NCBI GenBank assembly: GCA_008369845.1
Contig: MRSU01003351.1
Span: 1 to 44,828 of the forward strand
Source: Trichomonas gallinae
Taxonomy: Eukaryota
Length of the DNA: 44,828 bases
Direction of reading: 5' to 3'
Shown: piece by piece, positions 30,205 through 40,320 of the stretch
Layout: every line of letters begins with the position of its first letter
Position numbering within the stretch: position 1 is the first letter of the stretch
Translations under genes and position numbers: made by a program
Notes under the pieces: model-generated
The model's input: the letters and a program-made list of their open reading frames with translations, nothing else
What the model was told of the DNA's origin: nothing
Databases searched by the model: none

Positions 30205-33200
30205 TCATAATATTCCCATCAGGCTTCCCATAAGTCCGCCTGTTGGCTTCTTCTCTTCCTTAGGAGTTTCTTCCTTCAACTCAGCTTCTGCTTCTTCCAT
30301 GCTCTTCTGGATGAGTCCAGAAAGTGCCAATGATTCTTCCTTCTTCTCTTCTTCAGCTGGTTTTGATTCTTCAGCTTCTTGTGGTTTTTCTTCTTCTGGT
30401 TGAGTTGCATCGATAGGGATTTCGCGTGATTTGACGACTGGTTCTTCTTCATCTTTGTTCTCGTCGAGGCTGGAGATGATGTTTGAGACCATTTGGTCGA
30501 TTGCAGTTTTAGCAACTTCTTCATTGTTTTCTGCTTCTTCATTCGACTCTTGGTTCTGATCAGCTTCGACAAGGGCTTCGATATGACGTTCTTGGACAGC
30601 TGGTTCTTCAGGTGTGATGTTCTTTGATAAGAATGGCTGAGACTGATACTCATTGCCAAGGATTTCAGCGACGACTTCGTCAACTGTGTTGCTTGCGAGT
30701 TTGTTGACAGCTGACTTGATAGCATCCTGATGTTTTTCAGGAAGTTCTGATTCTTCTTCGGCTTGCTTCATTTCGTTGATGATGTTGAAGATGATTTGGT
30801 CGATAGTCGTCTTTGCAATTTGGTCGATTGACTCGCCCTGCTTTTTCTCTTCTTCAGCTGGAAGTTCGCGAGGTTCAACAACTGGCTCTTCTTCATGCTT
30901 TTCCTCTTCTTCAGCTAGCTTGTTTTCGTCCTCCTTTGGCTCTTCAACTAGGAACTCACGAGACTGAACTGCAGGTTCTTCTTCGTTATGAGTTTCTTCC
31001 TCTTCTTCAGCTGGTTTCTCTTCATTGTCTGATGAAACATCTGGAACTTCGTCCTTTGGTTCCTCTTCCTTAGCTGGTTCTTCAACTGGAGCTGCTGCTT
31101 CTTCCTTCTTCTCTTCAGCAGGTTCTTCCTGTTTCGCTTCTTCTTCAGCTGGAAGTTCGCGTGTTTCGGCGACTGGTTCGTCGCTTTCTGGAGCTTGTTC
31201 TGTCTTCAAAGACGCTTTAAGCATTGATGTGAGACCAAGAGCTGGTTCCTTGTCCTTAACTGGCTCTTCTTCTTTAACTGGTTCTTCCTGTTTCGCTTCT
31301 TCTTCAGCTGGAAGTTCGCGTGTTTCGACGACTGGTTCGTCGCTTTCTGGAACCTGTTCAGTCTTCAATGATGCCTTAAGCATTGATGTGAGACCAAGAG
31401 CTGGTTCCTTGTCCTTAACTAGTTCTTCATCCTTCTTTTCTTCTTCAGCAGATTTCTCGTCGGCACTGCCTAAAATGTTGGAGATGATGTTGTCAAGTGT
31501 GGACTTAGCAAGTGCACTGACTTGAGCATGAACAGCGTCATCGTCAATGTCCTCGTGCTCTTCTTCCTTTTGTTCTGGCTCTTCAGATGGTTTGTTTTCT
31601 TCCTCAGTTGCTTCTTCAGCTGGAAGTTCACGAGATTCAACTGGCAGTTCTGCTTCTTTATCTGATGGAACATTTGGAACTTCATCCTTTGCCTCTTCCT
31701 GCTTCTCTTCTTCAGCTGGTTTTTCTTCCAGCTGAGCATCTTCCTCCTTCTTCTCTTCAGTTGGTTTCTCCTTTGGCTGAGCTTCTTCTGGCTTGATTTC
31801 TTCCTCCTTATTCTCTTCAGCTGGTTCTTCAACGGTTACTGACTTGATGTCAGCTGGAAGTTCGCGTGTTTCAGCGACTGGTTCTTCGCTTTCTGGAGCT
31901 TGAAATGTGTTCAAAGAAGCCATAAGCATTGATGTGAGACCAAAAGCTGGCTTCTTCTCTTCAACTGGTTCCTCTTTTTTAGCTGGTTCTTCCTTCTTTT
32001 CTTCTTCAGTTGGAAGTTCGCGTGTTTCGACTACTGGATCTTCTGGAGCTTGTTCGGTCTTCAATGATGCCTTAAGCATTGATGTGAGGCCAAGAGCTGG
32101 TTCCTTCTCCTTGGCTGGTTCTTCAACTGGAGTCGGCTCTTCATCCTTCTTTTCTTCTTCAGCTGGTTTCTCGTCGGCGCTGCCTAAAATGTTGGAAATG
32201 ATGTTGTCAAGTGTGGACTTAGCAAGTGCACTGACTTGAGCATGAACGGCTGCATCGATGTCCTCGTACTCTTCCTCCTTTTGTTCTAGCTCTTCAGCTG
32301 GCTTGTTTTCTTCCTCAGTTGCTTCTTCAGCTGGGAACTCACGAGACTGAATAGCTTGTTCTACTTCGTTATGAGCTTCTTCAGCTGGCTTCTCTTCATC
32401 TTCGGATGGAACATCTGGGACTTCGTCCTTTGGCTCCTCTTCATTAACTGGTTCATCAACTGGAGCTGTCTCTTCTTCCTTTGCTGGTTCTTCAACATTC
32501 AATGATGAAGCTAATAGACCAGAAATAGATGTTTCTGGCTTATTCTCTTCTTCTATTGGAGCTAGTTCTTCTTTCTTCTTCTCCTCTGTCTTTTCTTCTT
32601 CAGCTGGTTTAGCTTCTTCTTCCTCCTGCGGAGCAACGAATTCGCGCTCCTCAACAGCCTCTGGAATTGCTTCTTCGGCCGGTTTCTCTTCGTTATCTGA
32701 TGTAACATCTGGGACTTCGTCCTTCTTTTCTTCTTCTTTCTTCTCTGTAGCAGCAATGAGAAGAGCTGAAAGACCATTGAATGGTTTGGATTCTTCATCC
32801 TTCTTTGGTTCCTCATCTGGTTTCTTCTCTTCTTCAGCTGGAAGTTCGTGAGATTCAACTGGCTTCTCCTCATCTTCGGATGGAACATCTGGAACTTCAT
32901 CCTTCTTTTCTTCTTCTACTCTTAGCTTTTCTTCCTCATTAGCTGGTTCTTCAACATTGAGTGCTGAGGCTAAAAGACTGGAAATTGATGCTTCTGGTTT
33001 CTTGTCTTCCTCAGCTGGAGCTGGTTCTTCTTCCTTCTTCTCCTCTTCAGCTGGAAGTTCACGTGATTCAACTGGCTTCTCTTCGTCTTCAGATGGAATA
33101 TCTGGGACCTCATCCTCCTTATTCTCTTCTGGCTTAGATTCCTCAGATGGTTTTTCGTCTGCGCTGTTGATGATGTTGGAGATGATGTTGTCAAGTGTGG

Positions 33201-36200
33201 ACTTAGCAAGTGCACTGACTTGAGCATGAACGGCTGCATCATCGATATCCTCGTACTCTTCTTCCTTTTGCTCTGCTACTTCATCTGATAGAACATCGGG
33301 AACTTCATCAATTGCCTCTTCTTCAGCTGGCTTAGCCTCTTCAGCATGATCCTCTGGCTGAGCTTCTACTGGCTTTTCTTCAACATTTTCTTCAGCTGGT
33401 TTAGCCTCTTCGGCCTTTCCTTCGACAGGGTGAGCTTCTTCTGTCTTTGGCTGTTCAACGATTTCTAGCTTAAGATCAGCTGGAAGATCGCGTGCTTCTG
33501 CAACTGTTTCAGCATTTTCTGGAGCTTGTTTTGTCTTCAAAGATGCCATAAGCATCGATGTGAGACCGAGAGCTGGCTTCTTCTCTTCCTTCTTTGGCTC
33601 AATTGCGCGTTCTGCTGGTTTCTCTTCTTCCTTCTTCGGAGAGAGAAGAGCAGCGGCAAGTCCGCCAAATGGCTTCTGATCCTCTTTAGGCTTTTCATCC
33701 TTCTTCTCTTCTGATGGTTTGGATTCCTCTTGTGGAGCAGCATCTTCGCGTTCTTCAGTTGGTTTCTCTTCATCTTCGGAAGGAACATCTGGAATTTCGT
33801 CCTTTTGTTCTTCTTCCTTCTTCTCGGTAGCAGCAACAAGAAGAGCTGAAAGACCACCAAATGGTTTGGATTCTTCTTCCTTTGTTGGTTCTTCTGCTGG
33901 TTTCTCTTCTTCCTTCTGCTCCTCTGCTTCTTTCTTCTCTTCTGCTGCATGGTCAAGAGCCTCCTTGATTTCTGATGTGAGTGAAAGTTCGTCTGGCTTG
34001 TGTTCTTCCTCCTTCTCTTCAACGACGAAATCATCGGCTGGCTCTTCTTTCTTCTTCTCATCAGCTGGAAGTTCACGTTCCTGTGGTTGCTTCTCTTCCT
34101 CTGCTGGCTTCTCTTCGTTGTCGGATGGGACATCTGGAACTTCGTCCTTTTGTTCTTCTTCCTTCTCGTCCGCTTCTTCCTTCTTATCCTCAGCGACAAC
34201 GAAGTCATCAGTAATCTCCTTCTGAAGAGATTCGGCTGGTTTGTCTTCGACTTCTTCATGTTCCTCCTTGACTGCGTTTTCGAGCATTGTAGAAAGGCCA
34301 CCAAGAGGCTTGGATTCTTCCTCCTTGTGTTCTTCTTTAGCTGGCTTCTCTGTTTCACCTGGCTTGAGAGCATCATGAAGAAGACCGGAAATAGTTGGCT
34401 CTTTACCCTTCTTCTCTTCCTCTTTGTGCTCTTCTTCAGCTGGCTTCTCTTCTGGAACAACAAAGTCGTCTTCCTCCTTCTTCTCTTCTTCTTGTGGAGC
34501 GTCGAATGCACGCTCTTCGACTTCCTCCTTCTTATCTTCTTCTGGAGCAGCAAAGGCGTCTTCTTGCTCCTTGTCTTCTGCACGATCGATGGCTTCTTTG
34601 ATCTCAGATGTAAGAGAAAGATCTTCATTCTTCTCTTCTTCAGGAGCTTCAAAGTCATCGAACTTTTCTTCCTCCTTCTTTGGCTCTTCTGCAGTTCCTT
34701 CCTTCTTTTCTTCCTCGTGAACGAAGTCGTCTTCAACTGGCTTGGCTTCTTCTTCAACCTTTTCTTCAGCTGCATTGTCGAGGGCTTCCTTGATCTCTGC
34801 TGTGAGAGAAAGACTCTGAGGTTCCTCTTCCTTCTTCTCTTCAGCTGGTTCTTCTGTCTTTCCTTCAACTGCCTCTTCTGGCTTGGATTCTTCCTCCTTC
34901 CTTTCTTCTTCGTGGATGAAGTCATCTTCGACTGTTTTCTCTTCCTCCTTCTTTTCTTCAGCTGCTCCATCAAGGGCTTCCTTGATTTCGGCTGTCAATG
35001 AAAGGCTTTCTTCTGGTTTAGCTTCTTCTGTCTTTTCTTCTTCAGCTGGCTTCTCTTCTTCTTGAGGAGCCTCAAATTCGCGCTCTTCGACGTTTTCTTC
35101 TGGCTTGGTTTCATCCACCTGGACGAAGTCGTCTTCGATTGGCTTCTCTTCTTCGTCCTTCTTTTCTTCTGCACGTTGAATGGCTTCACCGATTTCTGCT
35201 GTGAGTGAGAGTGATTCTGCTGGCTTCTCGTCTTCCTGGACGAAATCGTCTTCGATGCTCTTTTCTTCTGTTGGAGCTGACTCTTCTGCCTTTGCCTCTT
35301 CCTGAGGAGCTTCGAAATCGCGTTCTTCCGCATTTTCGGCTTCTTCTGGCTTAGGCTCTTCTTCCTTCTTCTCTTCTTCGTGGATGAAGTCATCTTCAAC
35401 TGGCTTCTCTTCTTGAGCAGCCTCTTCTTCTTTCTTTTCTTCAGCTGCTTCTTCAAGAGCTTCCTTGATTTCTGCTGTGAGAGAAAGGCTTTTTTCCTTT
35501 TTCTCTTCCTCTGACTTAGCTTCTTCAGCCTGCTCTTCTGGTTTATCCTCTTCAGTTGGTTTATCTTCTGCTTGTGGAGCAACGAAATCACGCTCTTCGA
35601 AGTCTTCTTCATCCTTATTCTCTTCAGCTGGAACTTCTGGCTTAGGTTCCTCTTCCTTGTTCTCTTCAAGGGCATCCTTGATTTCAGCTATGAGAGAAAG
35701 ATTCTGAGGCTCCTCGTCTTTCTTTTCTTCTTCTGCTGATTTCGATTCTTCAGATGGTTTCTCGTCCGCATTGCCTGAGATGTTGGAGATGATGTTGTCG
35801 AGTGTTGAATTAGCAAGTGCGCTGATATCTTCCTCTTCTGGTTTGATTTCTTCCTCCTTATTCTCTTTAGCTGGTTCTTCATGATTATCTGCTTCTTCAG
35901 CCTTTTCTTCAGCATCTTCTAGCTTGGCTTCCTCTTCTTTCTCTTCGACTGGTTGAGCCTCTTCTTCTGGCTTGATTTCTTCCTCAGCCTTGTTCTCTTC
36001 GAGAGCTTCCTTGATTTCCGCTGTGAGTGAAAGACTCTGAGGTTCTTCCTCCTTCTTCTCTTCGCCTTCTTCTGGTTTGGCTTCTTCTTCAGCTGGTTTC
36101 TCTTCATCGGACTTCTTTTGCGAGAGAAGGGCAGTGGCAAGGCCTGAGAATGGCTTGTCTTCTTCTGTCTTCTTTTCTGTTGGAGGATTGAAATCTCTCT

Positions 36201-37749
36201 CGAGGAAGCTGAGTGGCTCCTTCTTGTCTTCTGGAATCTCTTCTTCCTGCTTTTCTTCGTTTGCTCTCTCGAGGGCTTCTCCTATCTCTGCAGTGAGAGA
36301 AAGTTCTTCGTCCTTCTTCTCTTCTTCTGGGACGACTAACTTGTCTTCGAGACTCTCGTTGACTGTGTCAAACACGGAAATTCCTTCGTGCTCTGGTTTT
36401 CTTGGCGTTGGTGGCTCGCTGAAGCCCTCAACGACACCAGAGAAGTTGAGCCTGCGTGGAGATGGAGGAGATTGAGGTGGAGTTACCTCTTTGGGCTCTT
36501 GTTCCTTGATCTCATGTTGCTCTTCTTCTGGTTGAGCCTCTTCTGGCTTTTCTTCCTGTGTAATTTCGAAATTATTTTCATCAAGTTTCTCCTCTTCTTC
36601 TTTAGTTTCTGGTTCCTTGATTTCATGTCGTTCTTCTGCTTTCTCTTCTTCTGGTTGAGTTTCTGCTGGTTTTTCTTCTTGTGAAATCTCGAAATTGCGC
36701 TCGTCGAATTTTTCTTCCTCTTCCTTAGCCTCTGGCTCTTTGATATCTTCTACCTTCGTTTCTGGTTCGATTTCTTCTTTATTTTCATCGATCTTATCTG
36801 TAATGACATCTGTTTTAGCCTCGTTCGTATTTTCCTCCGAAGCATTCTCGCTTTCGTGCTTTTCTGTAGATCTTTTATTCCTTGGATTTGCAGATGATGG
36901 TGTAGAAGGTTCTAAAGTTGGTGGAATCGCGATATTAAGTTCTGTAATTGAAGATGGGTCGACAACTAAGTTGATATTCTTGAATCTTGGATTCTGTCTC
37001 TTTGGTTCTTGATCTGCGAAAACTTCGGATGCAGATTCATCGCGTTCTTGCTGAACTGGGCTGTGATGATGTTTCCTCACACGGCGACGATGTGGAGGAC
37101 TCTTCTTTTGCTCCTGAGGCGGTTCTATCTCTCTAGAAATTTCATTTGAGTTCGTATCTTGATCTGAATTGATAACATGGCGACGAACACTGTTCCTTAG
37201 CTCATTCTGCGGCTCTTTAGGCTTATCATCTCTTTCGATGTGCTTAATTCTATTTCTCACTGGGTCAATCTGAGGTTTGCAGACTTGTATTGGACCCCTT
37301 CGTGGTCTCTTCTGGATACGGTCGATAACTGTCATGCCATTATCGATTCTCATCTGGTTTATTGTCTCCTCGTCTTCTGGATTATTACCAAAAACGGCTT
37401 GCGTAGAAGATGCAGTAGGCAAAGTTTTTGTCATTGATCTTTCCGTTTCTTCTGTGATCGTTTTGTCTTCTTGATTCAACTCTTCGAGCCAATTATCTTT
37501 CACTCGACGTGCTGTTTTGCGATTTTCAATTTCTTTTACAAATTTCATGTTCTCTTCATCGGTGCGCTTCTTTTCGAGCCGCTCTTTCACCCTTCTCTCT
37601 TCATAATATTTCATTCGAGGGCAGGGCTCAGCCGGTTTCGTATCAATTAAAGGATGTGCATTGCGTAGCGCGTGTATGTGGAGTTTGTATGAACGGTGCT
37701 TCTCTAATATGTCGAGGTACTCGTTCAAGACAGGTGGCTTCCGATGCAT
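30205..37749 (-). CDS. Giant Glu/Lys/Pro-rich repetitive protein with N-terminal CFAP97/KIAA1430-like domain (2514 aa)
   Basis: Uninterrupted 7.5-kb ORF. The N-terminal 'SYKLHIHALRNAHPLIDTKP...RTDEENMKFVKEI' resembles CFAP97-domain proteins. The rest is acidic low-complexity sequence with recurring short helical motifs. Confidence 0.8.
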   Translation of the reverse strand: MHRKPPVLNEYLDILEKHRSYKLHIHALRNAHPLIDTKPAEPCPRMKYYEERRVKERLEKKRTDEENMKFVKEIENRKTARRVKDNWLEELNQEDKTITEETERSMTKTLPTASSTQAVFGNNPEDEETINQMRIDNGMTVIDRIQKRPRRGPIQVCKPQIDPVRNRIKHIERDDKPKEPQNELRNSVRRHVINSDQDTNSNEISREIEPPQEQKKSPPHRRRVRKHHHSPVQQERDESASEVFADQEPKRQNPRFKNINLVVDPSSITELNIAIPPTLEPSTPSSANPRNKRSTEKHESENASEENTNEAKTDVITDKIDENKEEIEPETKVEDIKEPEAKEEEEKFDERNFEISQEEKPAETQPEEEKAEERHEIKEPETKEEEEKLDENNFEITQEEKPEEAQPEEEQHEIKEQEPKEVTPPQSPPSPRRLNFSGVVEGFSEPPTPRKPEHEGISVFDTVNESLEDKLVVPEEEKKDEELSLTAEIGEALERANEEKQEEEIPEDKKEPLSFLERDFNPPTEKKTEEDKPFSGLATALLSQKKSDEEKPAEEEAKPEEGEEKKEEEPQSLSLTAEIKEALEENKAEEEIKPEEEAQPVEEKEEEAKLEDAEEKAEEADNHEEPAKENKEEEIKPEEEDISALANSTLDNIISNISGNADEKPSEESKSAEEEKKDEEPQNLSLIAEIKDALEENKEEEPKPEVPAEENKDEEDFEERDFVAPQAEDKPTEEDKPEEQAEEAKSEEEKKEKSLSLTAEIKEALEEAAEEKKEEEAAQEEKPVEDDFIHEEEKKEEEPKPEEAENAEERDFEAPQEEAKAEESAPTEEKSIEDDFVQEDEKPAESLSLTAEIGEAIQRAEEKKDEEEKPIEDDFVQVDETKPEENVEEREFEAPQEEEKPAEEEKTEEAKPEESLSLTAEIKEALDGAAEEKKEEEKTVEDDFIHEEERKEEESKPEEAVEGKTEEPAEEKKEEEPQSLSLTAEIKEALDNAAEEKVEEEAKPVEDDFVHEEEKKEGTAEEPKKEEEKFDDFEAPEEEKNEDLSLTSEIKEAIDRAEDKEQEDAFAAPEEDKKEEVEERAFDAPQEEEKKEEDDFVVPEEKPAEEEHKEEEKKGKEPTISGLLHDALKPGETEKPAKEEHKEEESKPLGGLSTMLENAVKEEHEEVEDKPAESLQKEITDDFVVAEDKKEEADEKEEEQKDEVPDVPSDNEEKPAEEEKQPQERELPADEKKKEEPADDFVVEEKEEEHKPDELSLTSEIKEALDHAAEEKKEAEEQKEEEKPAEEPTKEEESKPFGGLSALLVAATEKKEEEQKDEIPDVPSEDEEKPTEEREDAAPQEESKPSEEKKDEKPKEDQKPFGGLAAALLSPKKEEEKPAERAIEPKKEEKKPALGLTSMLMASLKTKQAPENAETVAEARDLPADLKLEIVEQPKTEEAHPVEGKAEEAKPAEENVEEKPVEAQPEDHAEEAKPAEEEAIDEVPDVLSDEVAEQKEEEYEDIDDAAVHAQVSALAKSTLDNIISNIINSADEKPSEESKPEENKEDEVPDIPSEDEEKPVESRELPAEEEKKEEEPAPAEEDKKPEASISSLLASALNVEEPANEEEKLRVEEEKKDEVPDVPSEDEEKPVESHELPAEEEKKPDEEPKKDEESKPFNGLSALLIAATEKKEEEKKDEVPDVTSDNEEKPAEEAIPEAVEEREFVAPQEEEEAKPAEEEKTEEKKKEELAPIEEENKPETSISGLLASSLNVEEPAKEEETAPVDEPVNEEEPKDEVPDVPSEDEEKPAEEAHNEVEQAIQSREFPAEEATEEENKPAEELEQKEEEYEDIDAAVHAQVSALAKSTLDNIISNILGSADEKPAEEEKKDEEPTPVEEPAKEKEPALGLTSMLKASLKTEQAPEDPVVETRELPTEEEKKEEPAKKEEPVEEKKPAFGLTSMLMASLNTFQAPESEEPVAETRELPADIKSVTVEEPAEENKEEEIKPEEAQPKEKPTEEKKEEDAQLEEKPAEEEKQEEAKDEVPNVPSDKEAELPVESRELPAEEATEEENKPSEEPEQKEEEHEDIDDDAVHAQVSALAKSTLDNIISNILGSADEKSAEEEKKDEELVKDKEPALGLTSMLKASLKTEQVPESDEPVVETRELPAEEEAKQEEPVKEEEPVKDKEPALGLTSMLKASLKTEQAPESDEPVAETRELPAEEEAKQEEPAEEKKEEAAAPVEEPAKEEEPKDEVPDVSSDNEEKPAEEEEETHNEEEPAVQSREFLVEEPKEDENKLAEEEEKHEEEPVVEPRELPAEEEKKQGESIDQIAKTTIDQIIFNIINEMKQAEEESELPEKHQDAIKSAVNKLASNTVDEVVAEILGNEYQSQPFLSKNITPEEPAVQERHIEALVEADQNQESNEEAENNEEVAKTAIDQMVSNIISSLDENKDEEEPVVKSREIPIDATQPEEEKPQEAEESKPAEEEKKEESLALSGLIQKSMEEAEAELKEETPKEEKKPTGGLMGSLMGIL
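31121..31420 (-). repeat. Recent 159-bp (53-aa) tandem duplication within the giant ORF
   Basis: Blocks starting at 31121 and 31280 are nearly identical (KDKEPALGLTSMLKASLKTEQxPESDEPVxETRELPAEEEAKQEEP). Confidence 0.85.
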
Positions 37750-37860
37750 TGATACTTGACGGTTTTTTCTTTGAAAATATTGTTACACATCGGATTAGTC
37801 GCTATTAACATATTTACGAAATATTTTTCGCTTACATCAATTGTAAAGTTTACAACATTT

Positions 37861-38260
37861 ACAGTTTGTCGCGGATACCAACGAATTTTTTTATTTTTGG
37901 GCGATTGAGCACTTGCTGGATAGCTTTGTTTGCTCTTTTTCTATTATATTTTCTGTTTATTAACCGAAATATTGGGTTTTCAACGAAATTTGAAGAATTT
38001 TCGTTATTTGTCAAAAATATAGCATTGAACACTGATGATTTAATATCATTTATCTGTAATAAATTATATTTTGTGTTTATTAGTCGAAATATTTTGTTTT
38101 CAATGAAATTTCGATTGATTTTCGTTAGTTTCAAAAATACAACATTGAACACTTATTCTTTAGCTTTATTTACTAGTTGTGTATTTTATTTTGTGTTTAA
38201 TAGTCGAAATATTGGAATGTCAACGAAAATCAGATGATATTCGTTAGAAGTCCAAATTAG
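37861..38260. repeat. Degenerate 120-bp tandem repeat, ~3.3 copies
   Basis: Units in register at 37861, 37981, 38101 and 38221 share 'ttga(a/g)cact' and 'tatttt(g/c)tgttta..a..cgaaatatt'. The last three start 'caa(c/t)gaaa'. Confidence 0.8.
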
Positions 38261-38839
38261 AATAATTGGCTCATTAATCTCAGGATTGTAGGGACTTAAA
38301 TGATTATTTGCGTCGTTTTTGATATGTTTTAGAACGAAATCGAAATTTTTTCAATATCTTACTTCTTATTCCTTTAATAAGTAAATATTGATAAGTAAAT
38401 CACTATATATGTCTAAATTTCATTTGATATAACGTGTTTGTTTTATTTCTACGAGATTCTGTTGCTCTTTATTGTATTTGATGAAACTTTTATTGAAAAC
38501 ATTTATAAAACTGACTAAAAATGATATATTATTAACAGATAGCACTAATTCTTAAATCAAATTTGAGGTTGAAAAATATAGAATGCAATATGATAAAACA
38601 GTAGCAAAAATTTATTTATTATTATCTATTGTTTGGTATTTTTTACTTCTCAAGCAATGAATTTCAATTCCTAATTACAAAAAATTATATTCATGAACTA
38701 GTAACAAAATATATGTTAAGCATCCTTCCAACAATGCCTGTTATGATATTCTCGTTCATCATTTTAAGATTATAAATGAATATTTGAAAAATTTCGAAAA
38801 TTTTAGATATAAACTAAGAGATATTTATTTTATGCTATG

Positions 38840-39472
38840 TTAGTCGCAACAGCGGCTCTTTTGTATTCTAGAAGTTTCAGAGATATCAACTCCTTTAAGA
38901 TCACGAGTACTTTCTGGCTCAATGTTATTGTCAATAATATATTTAGCGAGAGTAGAAATGGCTTCTTCAAGGTTAGTACCTTCTTTAGCACTTGTTTCGA
39001 AATATTGCAAATAATTGTTATCTTTTGCATGTTTTTCCATTTCCTCGGTCTTGTTACCCCAGCTGTCTGGTTTTAAGTCGATTTTATTGCCGACAAGTAA
39101 AGTTGGAACAGAATAACCTGCTGAAGTCTGAACTTTAGCTTCTATGTCGTCTTTCCATACTTTAGTCATCTCAAATGTTGATGGACGTGTAATATCAAAG
39201 ACAACAATCGCTCCAACAGATTCTCGATAATAAACTCCAGTCATAGAACCGAATCTTTCTTGTCCAGCAATATCCCAGAGCTGTACGTCAACCTTTACGC
39301 CGTCAACATCGATAATTTTGCTTGCGAAATCAACGCCAATTGTAATTTTGTAGAATTCGGAGAAATTGCCTTCAACGAAGCGGCGAATCATTGAGGTCTT
39401 GCCAGTGCCCATGTCGCCAACAACGATAATCTTGAATATCTTTGTCGCGTCGTCCTCCTGATTCTCTTGCAT
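38840..39472 (-). CDS. Rab GTPase, Rab32/38/7L1-like (210 aa)
   Basis: GDMGTGKTS, TIGVDF, the diagnostic WDIAGQE, GNKID, ETSAK and a C-terminal CCD prenylation motif. The real ATG is 39472 (the track starts at GTG 39523). Confidence 0.92.
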   Translation of the reverse strand: MQENQEDDATKIFKIIVVGDMGTGKTSMIRRFVEGNFSEFYKITIGVDFASKIIDVDGVKVDVQLWDIAGQERFGSMTGVYYRESVGAIVVFDITRPSTFEMTKVWKDDIEAKVQTSAGYSVPTLLVGNKIDLKPDSWGNKTEEMEKHAKDNNYLQYFETSAKEGTNLEEAISTLAKYIIDNNIEPESTRDLKGVDISETSRIQKSRCCD

Positions 39473-40320
39473 TTTTTTTTTTTTTTTTTTTGTTTTTTCT
39501 TTTCTTGGAAATTTGCGGTTCACAAAATTTTCAACTGCTATTTAAGATTTAAGCGGATTTGTGCATATTATAGCATGTAATTCATGAAAATCATCAAAAA
39601 CCGCCCTGAATTCACTTTGGCTTCATATTGGTAATTTTTTATTGCTATTTGATAGTCCTTATATTGATAATCAGTCAGTAATAGCCCCATAAATAGTATA
39701 TGTTGAATTATCCTTGACATAGAAATGAAAATTGATACCAAATAATATCTAGTATTGTTTTTATCAAATTATATTTGGACATTATATGATCATATGATCT
39801 TCATCTTAGAAATGCTGTTTTCAATATAACAATTATAATTGAACGATGATAAAAAACATATTGGAACCAATATGTTTAATGCTATCTAATAACTCAAGAA
39901 GTAATGGTAATAGCAGGACTCTATCTATTGCTATGAGTTAATGTCCAATTTACTGATTGATATCTTTTTGAAAAAATTAATATTTATTTGTGTATCATTA
40001 AAAGAAGATATAATGGCCTGTTCTCATATACAAAAATAATTTTAATTTGCAGGTGGCTGAAGCTGTCCTAAATTTTCAGAATATCCATTATTTCCATTTT
40101 TTCATCGCTAAAATGATAAAGCATTTATAAAATTAGAACTAGTAACTTCATTGTATCATTGCGTTAATATAGATTTTGTATTAGGCAAGATAATTTTTGG
40201 AAATTTTCAAGGACATTTTCAATCTGAAAGAAGTTCATAAGTAGGTTGGCTAGATATAGTTAAAAATAAATATAAGTTTAAAATATAAATTTAAAATATA
40301 ACAAATAAAATATCTATAAA

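Noticed and set aside
30276..37474. Many long overlapping ORFs (Ser-rich and Phe/Leu-rich antisense, Lys/Arg-rich +1 frames up to 478 aa)
   Set aside because: Expected shadows of a GAA/GAG/AAG-rich low-complexity coding sequence, which is depleted of stops in other frames.
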